Source: the human T2T-CHM13v2.0 reference genome, Homo sapiens
Assembly (NCBI RefSeq): GCF_009914755.1
Contig: NC_060930.1
Direction: 5' to 3' (one strand)
Length of the DNA: 64,000 bases
Below, piece by piece: positions 1-13,612 of this stretch (positions are counted from its first letter, which is position 1; every line of letters begins with the position of its first letter). Made by a program: the position numbers and the translations under genes. The notes beneath the pieces were generated by a model. It searched no databases. It was not told the DNA's origin and was given only the letters and a program-made list of their open reading frames with translations.

Positions 1-181
<181 letters not shown>

Positions 182-3100
182 TAGTGGGCAGGGGAGTGCA
201 GCAAAGGGTCTGCCATTGACTAGAATGGACGAAAAAGATAAAAGAGAAGGTGACAGATATATTGCCTATATTGAAGATGATTTCAGGGAGACGCACTCTG
301 GGGTACAGGAGAGGTGAGCCTTTCCGTTCCCACCTATTTCTGTCCCTTTTAAGACAGTTTGGCAGGTGCGGGTTAAACTTGTCTTTAATTTCTTTAGGAA
401 AAGCAAGATGTAGCTCTTGTTCTTTATGCTTTGCATTCCTATTCATGTAACAACGTGATTGTCACCTACAATTTACCGTACAGGTTGTTAAACAGAGGAA
501 TACGGAATTTTGGACTTTTCTTCTCTATACTAATTTTGCAGTATCTTTGTTTCTTCATAGACATGTTTTTTTTCTTTTTTTAAGGAAAATGTTGTCTTTA
601 AGTATAATGCTCTAAAAAAACCACTGTTTAGGGCACATGGTATCCTTACAACAGTCTAATTTAGACTGTTTGAGTTTTAGCCACATTGAGTTTTTAAAGT
701 ATGCAGATTGAACAAAAATACTTAGGTGAACTCAGCAACACCATTGTCATAGACGGAACCAGTAACCTTTAAATCACAATTAACACAGACAATTCCAAGA
801 AAAAATATTCTGTCTTACATTATGCATATTATTGCTCCTGAAATAGATACTGTTGTCTGATCCTATAGGATGGAGAATTCTATGTACTTTTTGAGGAATG
901 TTGTACAGTTGCAAAGGGGCAAGGAACCAATAATGGAAAACGTCATGTCTCTGAATTTCAATTCCCTAAGGGCAATGGAAGGAGGGTCTGAGTAGAGAGT
1001 TGAGAGGTGAAAAATACACCACTCTAAGTGGTTAATTTGAGGTAGGAGCTACTTGCTCACACTTGTCATTAAATATATTTCCTTAGAAAGTATAAATTAA
1101 CTGGAATAGTCATGTCCGTTTTCAACAACTGTTTCATAAAGGTTGAAGTGACTACAAGGCAGAAGATGTTTAAGTGTCCAATCAGTAAAGTGTTCAAAAG
1201 AGCAAGGATTTGCCATTGAAACTGGCAGAGGAATTCCTTAAGTGTTCTTGTTTATCAGTTGTCGTGAAGCCCATGAGTGTTAGTTATTGCTGCTTTGTTT
1301 AATATTTAGCTGAAACAGTGCTTTTTGTTGTGTGTTGTCTTAGGATGTTTTTCTTTCCCCTGAAAGTTATCTGATGGTGTCTATTTTGATCTGTGATTTA
1401 TGCGCTTATGCACTTGGTTGTAAGACAAAGATGGAACTATAAATGTAATTTTCAGAATGTGGTAGTTTCTCAATGATGTGTAAACCAGTTTATTTTTCTG
1501 TACCACAGATTCATATAAGTTTTGCAATGAAGGATTTTTACTCTTAATAATAAAGCTAACCAAAACAATGAGGGAGTTTACTTTGTTAAACAACCCATTA
1601 GGCTAAGTCTGCCAAACTGTATAAAGGTTTTCAAAACATTCTTATTTTTATATATTATTCAGAAAAAGAATACATTTGCTGATTCACTGTGTGAAAGCAT
1701 AAAAATGTGAGAATGAGTGGGTGTGTAGATCATTCTTATGCTCTTTTCGATTTAAAATTTGAAAAATGTGATTTAACTTCTAATCATGTAATATAATAGG
1801 GCTTTCTTATGGCAAATGTATGCACTAGGTCTGTATGACATTTTGTGTGATGAATACAAACTCCTCAAGAACTTAATTTTAGAAAAACATAAATATACCA
1901 GTAGGGAAGCTATCTATTCAAAGTAGAATGATAAAGCTAAAGGTTCCTTTGTGTTTTTATGTGCTCACATATGTGTGTAGGTACATATGCTCTTGAGTAC
2001 ATGCATGCATCCATACATACAATGGTGTCTTGGAGAGTTGCACCATCACTTATGAAACAGAAATTCTGAATTATAATTAAGTTCTCTAACAGAATAGACG
2101 TAGCTGTAATACAGAAGAGCACAATCTAAGTAAGTGTACATTGGAATCCTAAGGAGTTTTTATATTATATGAGAATCATGTGATTTTTCCCATTCAGACT
2201 TTATGTGCCACCAGGCTAATATAATTAGCAGCCATGTTAACGCAGATGCAGAACAAAAAACAAAGGACAAAGAAAATGCAATTGTTTTGATAGGGTGAAA
2301 TGATCACACCTTAAAGGACCTCAGAGATTCTTGGTAATTGTTGCTTTTTGGAAATACGGTATTTGATTTTAAATAAAATAATTCTTTTGCAAATTAATAG
2401 TTGCAAAGCCCTGCACTAAAAAATAGGTGGGTGTGTATGTTTTCCTTTTGCTCTCAATAGATTTTTAAAAACTTTTTATGTCTTTGCGCTATTATGAGTA
2501 GATTGTTTTACAAATAAACGAGGTTTCTAGACTAAGTTATGACTCATGTACCATTGACTGAAATAAAAGTTAACCCAGTTTTGTTTACTTCTCAAGTGTT
2601 TAGTATGTGTTCTTGTAACATTTGGGCATCTTTTTTTTGGTAACTGTACAGGAAAAAAGGCCAAAGAGACTCTAAGTTAGAAACTTTATTCAGTTGCTTT
2701 ATTATGTGACTTGATTAAGGTTCTGGAAACATTAATCTCCAGTCCTCGGAGCAAAGTATTTGTATTTTAAATAAATTTAAGGGAATATTTACATCTGTAC
2801 CAATTTGCAGCTAATCTTAGGAGAGGATGAGGTGGCTTTTGGTATTGTGGATATGGTGATCTCATTTATTAAGTTATTATCAGACCAGACACGGTGTTTT
2901 GACCATTTAACAATTGAGGGACAGAGGCAGATTCTTCAGAGACATTTACCTGTCAGAATTCTATATCTGTGCTTTAAATTAGTTAAATATACATTTAATT
3001 TAATGTTTGGCAGACTACAAGTATTGATAAACATATACTCTTCTCAAAAATCAGGAGATCCGTTTATAAAACAAGAAACTAGAATTCCATACCATAGAGA

Positions 3101-5429
3101 TTCATACAAAACTTCCATTTTATGAAAAACTGTTTCCATATATATCATAAATTAAAATCTTTGAGTTGTATGGTTATGCCAACTTCAGATTTTAGGGTGA
3201 TTCCTACGTAAAGGAGTATGATCTCTGGAAACAGATTTATTCCATGTGCAGAATCCAGAGCTTAAGCTCATAATCTCAAGAAGGTAATTTTCTTTTTATC
3301 ATTGCTGTCCTTAATACTCAGAAACTGAAGATTTCAGATAGTAACAAAAATCATCACTGCATTTGCAATGGTGGATGTAGTGGTATAGGACAAGAAGTTT
3401 TTAACTTCTTATTTACTATTTGTAACTTTCAACTTGTGAAAGTTTTGGCATGTTTTCCCCAATGTTTGATTGAATCAGAGTTCTTTTATAAATGTGGAAA
3501 AAATTACTCTGATATCTCTCAGTGTGAAAAAATACGTTAAAATATGAAAGAATATAACTTAATTTAGACTGAAAGGACAGATTTGTTTTCAAGTAAGGAA
3601 ACTCAAAATCCCCTATTTTGTACTTTAGACTTCTGGGTGGCACAAAACATGTCATAAACTATTGAAAGAAAGTTTAGATTTACACTCCACAGAATAACAC
3701 TTGAAAAATGCAACTATTGCCATGGGCTGTATGAAATATTGTTAACTTGGAGCAGGTGCAACTAACAATTAGGTTAGTACACATTGTGTGTGCAGCTGTG
3801 TGAAGGAGTACATTTGAAACTTAATTAAGAATGATCAGTTACTTTCTATCACAGGATTGCTAACCATTTTCAAAGGTACATATTTTTTTTCCTTAAGATG
3901 TTGTGAGTGTAGACTAAATTAAAAACAATTTTATTATAATTATGGAATATTTCAGTGATCATGATTTTATGCAGTGTTCATAATCATGTGCTATTTTATT
4001 ACTTTTTAGAAAATAAAGCGTTGCTGTGAAGTAGCTTGAAAAGTGCAGGTAGAATCTTATGATATTCCTGGTATACTTCTGACAAGTTTGACGGTTTTTC
4101 AGAAGTTTATAACTTTATCTGCCACAAAACTTCCTGGCTCAGAGAATTTTAACTTTTTAGGATTCAGATGCCATTGATGATAAAATCTTGAAGTTGTTAA
4201 CCAAACTTACTCATGAAGAAGACTGAAAATCCCCATACAATACTTTAGAAACTTATCATGTAAAAATATGTTGAGTTTGCTAAGTTGTAAAATGATAACT
4301 TTCTTCTTTTTAAATGTTTTCTATTTATGCATCCTGAATATTGTTGCACATGGTTTTGTTTTTAATTTATTCTCACTGTAATTCAGCACTACTCTTCTCT
4401 GCCTTATATATACCAGGAGATACCTAGAAACTTCTTCCAGTGTCCAACTCTTCTTTCTTCGTTCACAAAGCAGGTAGCGACTTATTTTCTTGAATACAGC
4501 TAAAGTTTCAAAAAGTCAACCCATGTGGAGCTGTTCTCCTGCTTTCTCAAATAAAGGCTTGGATGGGCAGCATTTTTTCTGCAGAGTGCCAGAGTCATCT
4601 CTGGCATGGGGCCCGTATGTGGGTAATGACCCAGAAATGCAAATGTGCTTTGCTACCTCCTTTCCCTCTGATGCTGCTTTACTTTGAGGTCAGATTCTCT
4701 ACTTGCCCAGTCAGGAATTTCAGAGTGGAAGTCAGGGATTCCTTAAAATAGGAAGTCTTTATTTTTTGTTTTTTATTTTTAATATGTGTGTGCTTGAGAG
4801 AAATAAAATCTGAGAGACAGAAACATATTTTAACATTTCTATGTTGATCCTGGAAATATAAATACAAAAGTTAATGGCACCAATTGCATTAAATATTCGT
4901 ATATACAGATAATGCCTACAATTCCAAAGGTTGTATTTCAGTTATGTTATTTGGTAGAATTTCAAACAGTGCAGTATACTTTTTTCATAAGCAGTTTTGA
5001 AACTAATATTGCTATTAATGGAAATTACCCTATTTCCAATAACATACAAATGTCAGAAATGAAACACACACATAGGAAAAATATTTGTTTCCCATTTTTT
5101 TTCTGATATAATGAACTCTTCTGATTTTTGTTATTTTTTTCCCCTCATGGAAACTTGATTGTTGTTTATTATCAATATAATAAAATACATAAGCCATCAA
5201 GATACAATGTATGTAGGGCTACCTTTTTTCATAACAATGATAGAATAAGTACTCTATTTATTCCTAATTTCTATAGGATGGAAATAAAATTATATGAAGC
5301 ATTTGTTCTTACCATTCCCAAGAAATTAAAGCACATTTAAAAATTATGAAGGAACAAGATAAACTTCTATATCATTTTCTTTCTCCAGGTTATGGTAGAA
5401 ATGAAGTTTATAACTTGGTTTTCTCCTCT

Positions 5430-5515
5430 TTTAGTATTTCAGGAGTTCATATTTTGTAATACTGCTGTGCACATGTGCGCACGTAATAAATTTGTTACGC
5501 TTTTTCTTTTGTTAA
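5430..5515 (+). mobile_element. Possible small ERV1 LTR fragment (MER4/MER34-group R region)
   Basis: gtgcgcacgtaataaatttgttacgctttttcttttgttaa resembles the poly(A)-signal region of these LTRs. Confidence 0.3.
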
Positions 5516-5969
5516 AAAATACTTCAGTTGTGTTTAGATATAAAATGCTCAATATATAAAGAAATTACTAGCTTCATCTTCCTGAAATAAGTATTTTTCT
5601 TTTTCTTTCCTTGAATTATAAAACAGGCAGTGGGTCTAGCTTATAGGAATATTCTAAGATTTAATCTTATGCAGGTATAGACTCTTTTTGTTTTTCCAAC
5701 CTGAAATAAGAATAAGGTGACTTCAAAAGCTTATGATTTTTACCCTTTCAGCTAGTTGTGGATCACATGCTAACTTGATCCCTGTAAAAACTCCTTGAAA
5801 TGCTACATATAAACTGATTTTTAAGTGCATTTTGAAATAAATTTTTTCATTTCATACATTTTTAAATAATTTGTTATGCATTTAAAAATCTAGTTTTATA
5901 AAATAATAATGAAAACTATTATTTATTGGAAGCTTGTTCTTGGCTAAATATGTTTTTTTTTCCCCCCAC

Positions 5970-6158
5970 TGAATCCTCTCTGGTAATCCTATGAGGCAGG
6001 TAATAGATATTAATATCCTCACTTTACCAGGGAGGAGATGGAGGCCTTGAAACGTTAAGCTGTGTTTTTAAGTCATCCTCTTAGTAAGTGGAGAAGCTTG
6101 GATTCAAACCCGGGTCTGTCTGAATCTCAGCCTGACTCTGAACCTGTGCCACACTGCA
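5970..6158 (-). mobile_element. MIR SINE
   Basis: Reverse complement of the MIR core: aatcctatgaggcagg...tagtaagtggagaagcttggattcaaacccgggtctgtctga. Confidence 0.8.
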
Positions 6159-6761
6159 TCCCTTCCATGTAAAATAAAACTATAGCAGCCTCTCATGTTT
6201 TTTTTTTCTTAAAGAAAGTAAGTACCTACCTACTAATTCCTTAGTGACCCATTAGTCAACACTTAGGTTTAGAGAGGTGGGGTTGATTGATGTCAGGCTC
6301 CTGTCCAAACCTGACCGACTTAGGTAATCTTGGGGTTTGACAACTATGAGCAGCTGGTGTATGGACTAGAGAATAAAAGGGCAGAAGGGGAATCTCCTCG
6401 CTGCAGAGCAAGTATCCATTGCTGTTCTCACGCATTTGGGCCAACTTTTGACAGATAACCATGAAATAGGGTCTTGGAAATTTGATATGTAAGCTTAAAA
6501 TGTATTATATGGAAAGAAAAAATATATTCTTTTTTTTTTTTAAATCCAGCTCTTTTTAAAACCACTCCTTGATGAATGGCCAGTGCACAGTATTGTTATT
6601 TGCCTGTTTTTTGTTTGTTTGTTTGCTCGTTTGTTTTTTACATGCTCCAAATCCTAAATTCATCCAGACCACCATTGACCAATAATATTTGCCATAATTA
6701 TTGTACTTGGGAAGAAATAGAGTAAATATGTTATTTAAAATATGTGTTGAATATGCTTGAA

Positions 6762-6943
6762 CACATTTTGAACCTGAGTGTGCATCAGAATCTCCTGCAG
6801 GATTTTTAAACATAGATTTTTGGGCCCTCTCCTAGAGTTTCTGACTGCAGAGGCCTGGGCTAGGACCAGAGAATTTGTATTGCTAAGGAATTCCCAGATG
6901 ATACTGATGTTGATGATCAGGCACCAAATTTTGAGAACTACTG
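6762..6943. mobile_element. MER5A hAT-Charlie DNA transposon fossil
   Basis: gtgcatcagaatctcctg...ttcccagatgatactgatg...ttttgagaactactg. Confidence 0.8.
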
Positions 6944-7291
6944 GCCTAGAATATGTGTCTTCACCTAATGGTGTTACAAGAGAAAGTGAACCTGTTTTTG
7001 AAATTCTTCAATCCAACTAGATAATTAACTAAATTCTTCCTATGGCCTTCTACTGATATGAGAGAAAACTTTTCTTCAGGACCTATTTCTGACTTTTAGC
7101 TTAGTTCTATTCAGAAGTTTAAATAGGAGAAATGCAAGGTCTTTCCAGCGCGTTTGTGTCTTTGTAATGTATTGAAATATAGAGGAATCTGAAAGCAAGC
7201 ACCCTCATGTCTGGTAATGCTAGAACAGAATTGGATCCTTCACCTGCCTCTCTTTACTAGCCTAGCCACTCATTAGGGTAAGCACAGCGCT

Positions 7292-7349
7292 GGGGTGGGG
7301 GTTGTGGGGGGGTGGGGGAGAGAGGGAGAGAGAAAGAGAGAGAGAGAGA
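7292..7349 (+). repeat. Four G-runs (G4 motif) followed by a (GA)n tract
   Basis: GGGG t GGGGG ttgt GGGGGGG t GGGGG, then agagagggagagagaaagagagagagagaga. Confidence 0.85.
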
Positions 7350-7359
7350 CTGAAAAAGT

Positions 7360-7555
7360 ACTGGGCTAAGTTAGAAGCTGGATTTTAATATACCAAGGAG
7401 CTTAGTGCTTCTGTATTGGGTGACTAAATAACTATGACTTTGCTTGAGACATTTATATTTCTGGGTGCTGTTTCCTCATTTGAAAAATAGGGCAAATAAT
7501 TCCTGACCTATTTACCCTATAGAATAGGAGTATCTAGGGGAGATAATATGCTAAA
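7360..7555 (+). mobile_element. MIR (degenerate)
   Basis: tgtttcctcatttgaaaaatagggcaaataattcctgacct core motif. Confidence 0.55.
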
Positions 7556-9412
7556 AGTTAACATCTTTACAGTTTTAATGTTTTAACCTTTCAGAACAGT
7601 CCATCTAGTGAGCCCAGGAGTAGTTAAAGGGAAGTTTATGGCCAATGGCCCTAGTTAGAACAACTAGTTTTTTTTCATAGAATCATTTTTTTCTTCACCC
7701 ACCCATAAATTTTGTGAGGCTTTATAAATAATTAAAACACTAGGTACAGGTAGTTTGAACTAGATAATATGCTATGCGCCTGATATACGTACTTTAAGTA
7801 TTCATTAAAATGAAACTTGGATTTTACAAACAAGTCAACATTGTTCTTCAGGCCAGTATTTCTAAAACTGTGTTCTGTGGACACTAGTTCAGCAAGACAT
7901 TCTACTGAGCAAGAACTCTTATGCCCCCCACCGCCCCCACCCTCAAGGGTCACAGTGCATATTAGCATATTAGCAGCTACAGGAAGTCCTGCACTAAACC
8001 TCTGCTTAATTCCATTTAACTCAGCAAATATTTACAGAGTGCTTGCAGTGAACCAAGAAATGTCTTTTTCTGATATCCCCTATTAATCTTCCATGGAACT
8101 AGCATTTTCAGCAATACTTTTCAGTGAAATATTACTCCAGGCTAATGATGCAGTCTACAAGTTAATATTCAGTGATTGCCTACACAATATTTAAAGGTTA
8201 AGAATTCAGTACAGAAACTCAACTGATTAAGCAGATATCTAACAAATAATGCATAAAGATATTTAAGAATATAGAATATTATCAAGTTATTAAAACAAAT
8301 GAATAGAAACTTGTTTTCAGATGCTTGGCTATTTTATATTATATATGTTCACTTGAGTTTCTTGAAATTATGTTTCGGACACTAAAATCAAAACCCTTAA
8401 CTGAAGCTCAGTCAAGTCCAATTGCTGATGTTGCAAAGAGGTTGACATGTTGCAGTAGTTTTGGAACTTCTGATATTTAGAACTCCAGAACACCTTGGAG
8501 AGGGCATTTGCAGAAGCACTTTCGTTTTAAGGCAGTGGATGAGGAGCAATGTCTGTATCCTACATCTCTAGGCAGGCTAGCTTTTCCAGCATCTCAGCCT
8601 ACATATTTGCCTTAGGCGGGGGAGTGGTGAAGAATCCTCATACTGACTTTTGTTTTTTAATCAATGCATTACACTCTAAAACAGTAACACATTTAAAACC
8701 CCCAACAATGTTGCATTCTTTGGAAACAAATGAGTCTTAGTTTGAAATGGAGGAATCAAATTGGTACACCCTACTCTTAACAGAAGTCTTTGTGTGCATC
8801 TGTATTATTCTAATTACACAACAGAATAAGGAGATATTTCAAATCCTTTAACTGACAGCTGTGTATCAAATGATGGAAGGGTCTATGTTACATGTGAACT
8901 GTTCGGTGGTAGGGAATTCATAGTATCCTAACCTACACGGGCTTGCAGCCATAAGAGTTATACAAGGTGGATCACCCAGAGTGTTATTTGTATTATAGTC
9001 TCTGACACCACTTGGAAACAAAAGTTATAAGAACCTCTGCAAGCCACAATGAGAAGAGAAAATTATACTGGGGTGGAGTGCTGCCTTCTGTGGTCTTGGC
9101 CTCTGGAGAAGGGCTGTGCTGATTGTCCCGGGATTGAGCACTTCTTTTGTTAATGGCACCTGCAGTGGTGGAAGGCACCTTGATGCTGGGAATCATAATT
9201 CATCCCGGTGGGCATAGTGATTCTGACCTCACTCTCTTGTTAGTCTATAAGCTAGCGATCAGGTACCCTATAAGAGATGGCATATGAAGGTTTTACCTGA
9301 TTGCTTTGAAGTGCGGGGATGATATTAGGGTTTGTGGATATGTTTACCCCTAGTTATTGGGAACTGTTATAGAATTACATATTTGAAGGCTTTTAGAAAC
9401 TATTGTAGATTT

Positions 9413-9693
9413 GGCCAGGTGTGATGGCTCATGCCTGTAATACCAGCACTTTGGGAGGCCGAGGCCGGTAGATCACCTGAGGTCAGGAGTTCGAGACCAG
9501 ACTGGCCAACATAGCAAAACGTCATCTCTACTAAAAATACAAAAATTAGCGGGGCATGGTGTTGCGTGCCTGTAGTCTCAGCTACTCTGGAGGCTGAGGC
9601 ATGGGAATTGCTTGAACCTGGGAGGCAGAGGTTGCAGTGAGCCAAGATCATGCCACTCCAGCCTGGGCAACAGAGCGAAATCCCATCTCAAAA
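9413..9693 (+). mobile_element. AluS (Sx/Sz-like), the only sense Alu
   Basis: Full dimer ggccaggtgtgatggctc...catctcaaaa. TSD tgtagattt at 9404-9412 and 9694-9702. Tail is only 4 A. Confidence 0.95.
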
Positions 9694-11381
9694 TGTAGAT
9701 TTGATGATACATAGGTGGTATATAAAGAGCTCTGGACCTTTTTTTTTTTTTCGTCTTTTTTTCTGTTTAAATAAAACTTGCTCACAACTTTAGTGATTAG
9801 TGAACCTATAGCCTGAGATTTTCTCAAATATTGGAGCAATGTATAGGATTATGTGTTTCTTACCCTTATCAACAGGAATTAATGGAGTTTCATTTTTGAC
9901 CATGTTTTATAAAATGTGGTTCCATTTTATTCACCCAAAAGATAGTAAATTACAGCTGTTCAGTAGTATTTATGAGTTTGCCTTTTCTATGCACCTGGAA
10001 TTAAAGGCTTCTTTCATTTTCCTACAAGGCAGGGGGTGGAGGGATGGGTGGAACTCCTGAATGTTCAAAAGCAATTAAGTACTATTCTACTTAAAACAAT
10101 GTTTTAACATTCATTGTGAATTGGAATCCACAATAAATCAAATTAACGAATGAATTCATAGATTAATTTTCTTAAGAACATATTTCTGGTTTTATCAAAA
10201 GCGTTCTTGGGAAGTTTCACAGGCTCTTAGAGATACGGGGCAATGCATTTTTAGTTTACCATTTTATAGACTGCCCTGGAATAGATTTATTTTTATTCAG
10301 AAAAGCTGCCTTAAAAATCAGGCAAATAGGGTAAGTTCAGTTTACATTTAGTAAATATAAATCTTGCAACAAAAATATGTGGTGACATTTAATTATATTC
10401 CTCTTTTATTATAATCCTAAAGGTAGACCTGTGGTTTTCACTTTCTTTTCGTAAGAAAGAGGTGTTAATGATCACTCTGTTACTGTGCCTAGCTTTACTC
10501 ACACTCTGTTAAGTACCTTAAACTCATGTCATATTTTTTCCCTTACATTGAGAGAAATAAACCCCAATGAATTTTTTTTTGAAGTTTACATAGTGATTTG
10601 ATGCAAACTTTACACACAAACTAGGGTCATTGCATATTTCCTACTGGTAGGCCCATCTTTTAATTTAATATTTCATAATGTGAATAAAAATTTACATGCA
10701 ATGGATGAAGAGCCAGACGTGCAGGCCCTGCCCTGGATGTTGGGAGCCGAAGACCCTGGAAAACATTTGCCTGGAATGGTTCTTAGCCTGCAGTGCTGTG
10801 TTGCAGTCATGATCATTTAAAAGTGAATGAAGTAATGAATGAATAGTGGGAGGAAATTAAGTAATTACTAAATCAGCTTCATCAAGTAGGATTTATGAAA
10901 TGTCCACATACGAATAGCATAATGAACATGTGCTGAATAAATTGTGTGTTTCTACCCTTTGGCAATTAGGATATGATGTAACTGAAAAGAACGTCAAGCC
11001 GTGTTTCTATCGTAAATCTAGTATCTAGTGGTTTTAATAATTCAAGATTAGTTTAAATTGCAACCTGTTCTTTATCATTTATTTATTTATTAAGCCATAT
11101 TACTTACTTACTTATGCTAGAAGCTAAACATGCTTTACTGTCTTTCATTCATTGTGTACTATAAAATCACATTTATACTTACTGTAAATAAGATCAATTT
11201 TGGTGAGACATAAATGTGGATGTCTGGGTCATTTTGCCCCATTTTAAAGTGTTAATTCATATAAGTTTAATTCATATTATCTAGCATTTGATGCACTTGA
11301 TGCAACATTACTTCCAAGAGTTTTGTTAAATCAGAACGTAAATAATGAAGTTAATATTGTCTTTATTTTTCATATCTCTAG

Positions 11382-11529
11382 AGCAGTAGTTTTGAATGTT
11401 TTTTGTTTGTTTTTAGCTTGTTTGGCATGGAATCTTGCAAATCTGAAAAAAGCTACTAACTCTCTTACCAGGAAAATGGGCTTCAAAAACTTGTGAGCTC
11501 AATCTATGAAACTTAGATGAAAACCCCTA
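11382..11529. mobile_element. Degenerate MER117-like hAT fossil
   Basis: aatctgaaaaaagctactaactctcttaccaggaaaatg...gaaaacccct, similar to the copy at 52930-53106. Confidence 0.4.
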
Positions 11530-11629
11530 GTATAAATTCTTAATTTTTTTTGTCTGCCATTTCATGAAGAGCTTCTGCTTATCAACAATTTTGATTCAGT
11601 TATTTTGAGCTCAGGAAACATTTAAGAGA

Positions 11630-11726
11630 TTATATACATACTTGATATATACAATTATATATTGTAAAGATATATGTATACACACACACGTATGTGTATA
11701 TAGTGTGCAAGAATGTGTGTGTGTAT
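11630..11726. repeat. Degenerate TA/CA/TG dinucleotide region
   Basis: tatatacata...tacacacacacgtatgtgtata...gtgtgtgtgtata. Confidence 0.7.
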
Positions 11727-11849
11727 AATGCAAAATTTGAGAACCCAGGAGTAGAGTTGGGGAATAGAACCAAACTGACCTCTGTCAAGCAGATTAAATG
11801 TGGCATGGTAGATATACCGTTAATATAGGGCAGCATGATAAGAACTTAA

Positions 11850-12200
11850 GATAATTAAGAATAAAATACAAAGGAAATTTATGGGAAGGATTATTTATCT
11901 CCTCATAGGTTGATCAAACAATATATGTGGTACTAGTATACGATAGGGAGGATTTCTATAGCTAGAGATTGCAAAAAAGAGTATCCCAGGTGGAAGAAAT
12001 GATGGTAGTAGAAAGGTGAGAATGAAAGAGAATATATGTGGGACAATGAAGGGTCCAGATGAATGGCAAGTAGGGAAGAATTGTGAGGTGACTTAGGGAA
12101 TGGAAGGGATAGGAGTCTGGTTTAGTCTGGTTCATGGTTGAACTTGAGCTCCTTGGAAGGAGTTTGGGACCTTATAGAATAGGATATAGGTCTATAGGTC
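11850..12200 (-). mobile_element. L2 fragment(s)
   Basis: Purine-rich antisense L2 pattern (gagtatcccaggtggaagaaatg...ggaaggagtttgggaccttat). It may extend to about 13050. Confidence 0.45.
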
Positions 12201-13090
12201 TCTGTAGATGTTAATCATCAAGGCGTATGTCCCAGTGCCCTACAGTAGAATAAGAAACAACACAATGTGAGAGTGAAGGCTTGGGGTTTGGAGCAAGCCC
12301 TGTGGGGAATGTGAGGGCAAAGTAGTAATAAATTAAAAGATTGCTAAACTGCTTCAAAGTCCCCGGTGAAATTAGGTGGCAAGCATTTGTAAGAGAACCA
12401 ATTATTTCTCCGTCAGCACCCAACTTTCTAAGAATTGGAATGAAAAAGCAGAAAATGGAAGTTGCAGGGCTTGTGAGGGCTTATGAGAGCTCTAAGATGA
12501 CAGTGAGAATAAAATGTCTGAGCACAGGTAGGTGTGGGTGGGAAACCATGCTGTCAGAATGGGAAGGGGTAGTTAGATGATTGAAATGCCAGGCAAACAT
12601 TTGAGAATAAGGAGGTGGGTACAGCAGAAGTGAGACACTAGAAGAGGTGAGAGGTAAGGTGGTGGTGGTAAGAGACAAGAACAGAAGTCTAGATCTTGAA
12701 GAGGAACACTTCATGGATGACGCAAGGCCCTTGATTGGCCACCTAATTGGTAGAGTGTCTAGTTATTGAGAAGGATAGGAGGCAATGAAGCTCAGCTGTT
12801 AGAAGAATCATCATTGTACATTTTGGTTTTATTAAAGATGCTTGGAAATAAGAGACCTAAGAGGAACACAGTGAGGAGAGAAAAAGATTGTTCTGGGGGT
12901 TGTATATACTGGTGAGAGTTTGGGGAGAGTTTGGTGTAAGCAGATGAAAGGAGCTGGAACAGAATGATGTTTAGGGAAAGTCTGGAGACAACTGGATGGT
13001 GGGGGATGATTTTGGAGGAATAGAAATGTTTGTTTAATGAATATGTGAATGGAGTGATTATGGAAAGAGTAAAGTAGGCTTCAGGCAAAG

Positions 13091-13296
13091 CATTTTTCTC
13101 AATGTTCACAACATTGCCATTTTGGAATGATAATGATAATTATTTGTTATGAGGAGCTGCATTGTGTATTATAGGATGTTTAGCAACATCCCTGGCCTTT
13201 ATACACTAGTTGGAGTAGCATACACCCCGTTTTGACAACCAAAGTGTCTCTAGATTTTGTCAGATTGCAAAATAGTCCCTTTGTCGAGATCCTCTG
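13091..13296. mobile_element. MER20 hAT-Charlie fossil
   Basis: taggatgtttagcaacatccctggcct...tgacaaccaaagtgtctctaga...gcaaaatagtccc. Confidence 0.8.
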
Positions 13297-13439
13297 AGCT
13301 AATGTAAAGAGCTGGAAAGAGCACTTAGAAATAACAGGACACTTTCTTCAGAAAGAGTTTGAATTGTCCAGAGGGCAGCTGAGGAGATTGTGAAGGGAAA
13401 GACCAGACTGGAGCCTGACGGTTGCAGACCTGTGAGAGT

Positions 13440-13612
13440 CATGCTCTTTATCCCGAGGCCCGTGTCAGAATCATCTGGAATTTTCAAAGATGTCAACACC
13501 AGCGCCCCTTCCTCCATCCCTTTGACCTATGAAAACGGAATCTTCAGGGAGGCAACCCAGCCATGTAGCCATTTTGAAAACTCCTTAGATTATTTTGGTA
13601 TGTTTCTAAGCC
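13440..13612. mobile_element. MER5-like fossil
   Basis: tcagaatcatctgga...ttttgaaaactccttagattatt. Confidence 0.45.
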
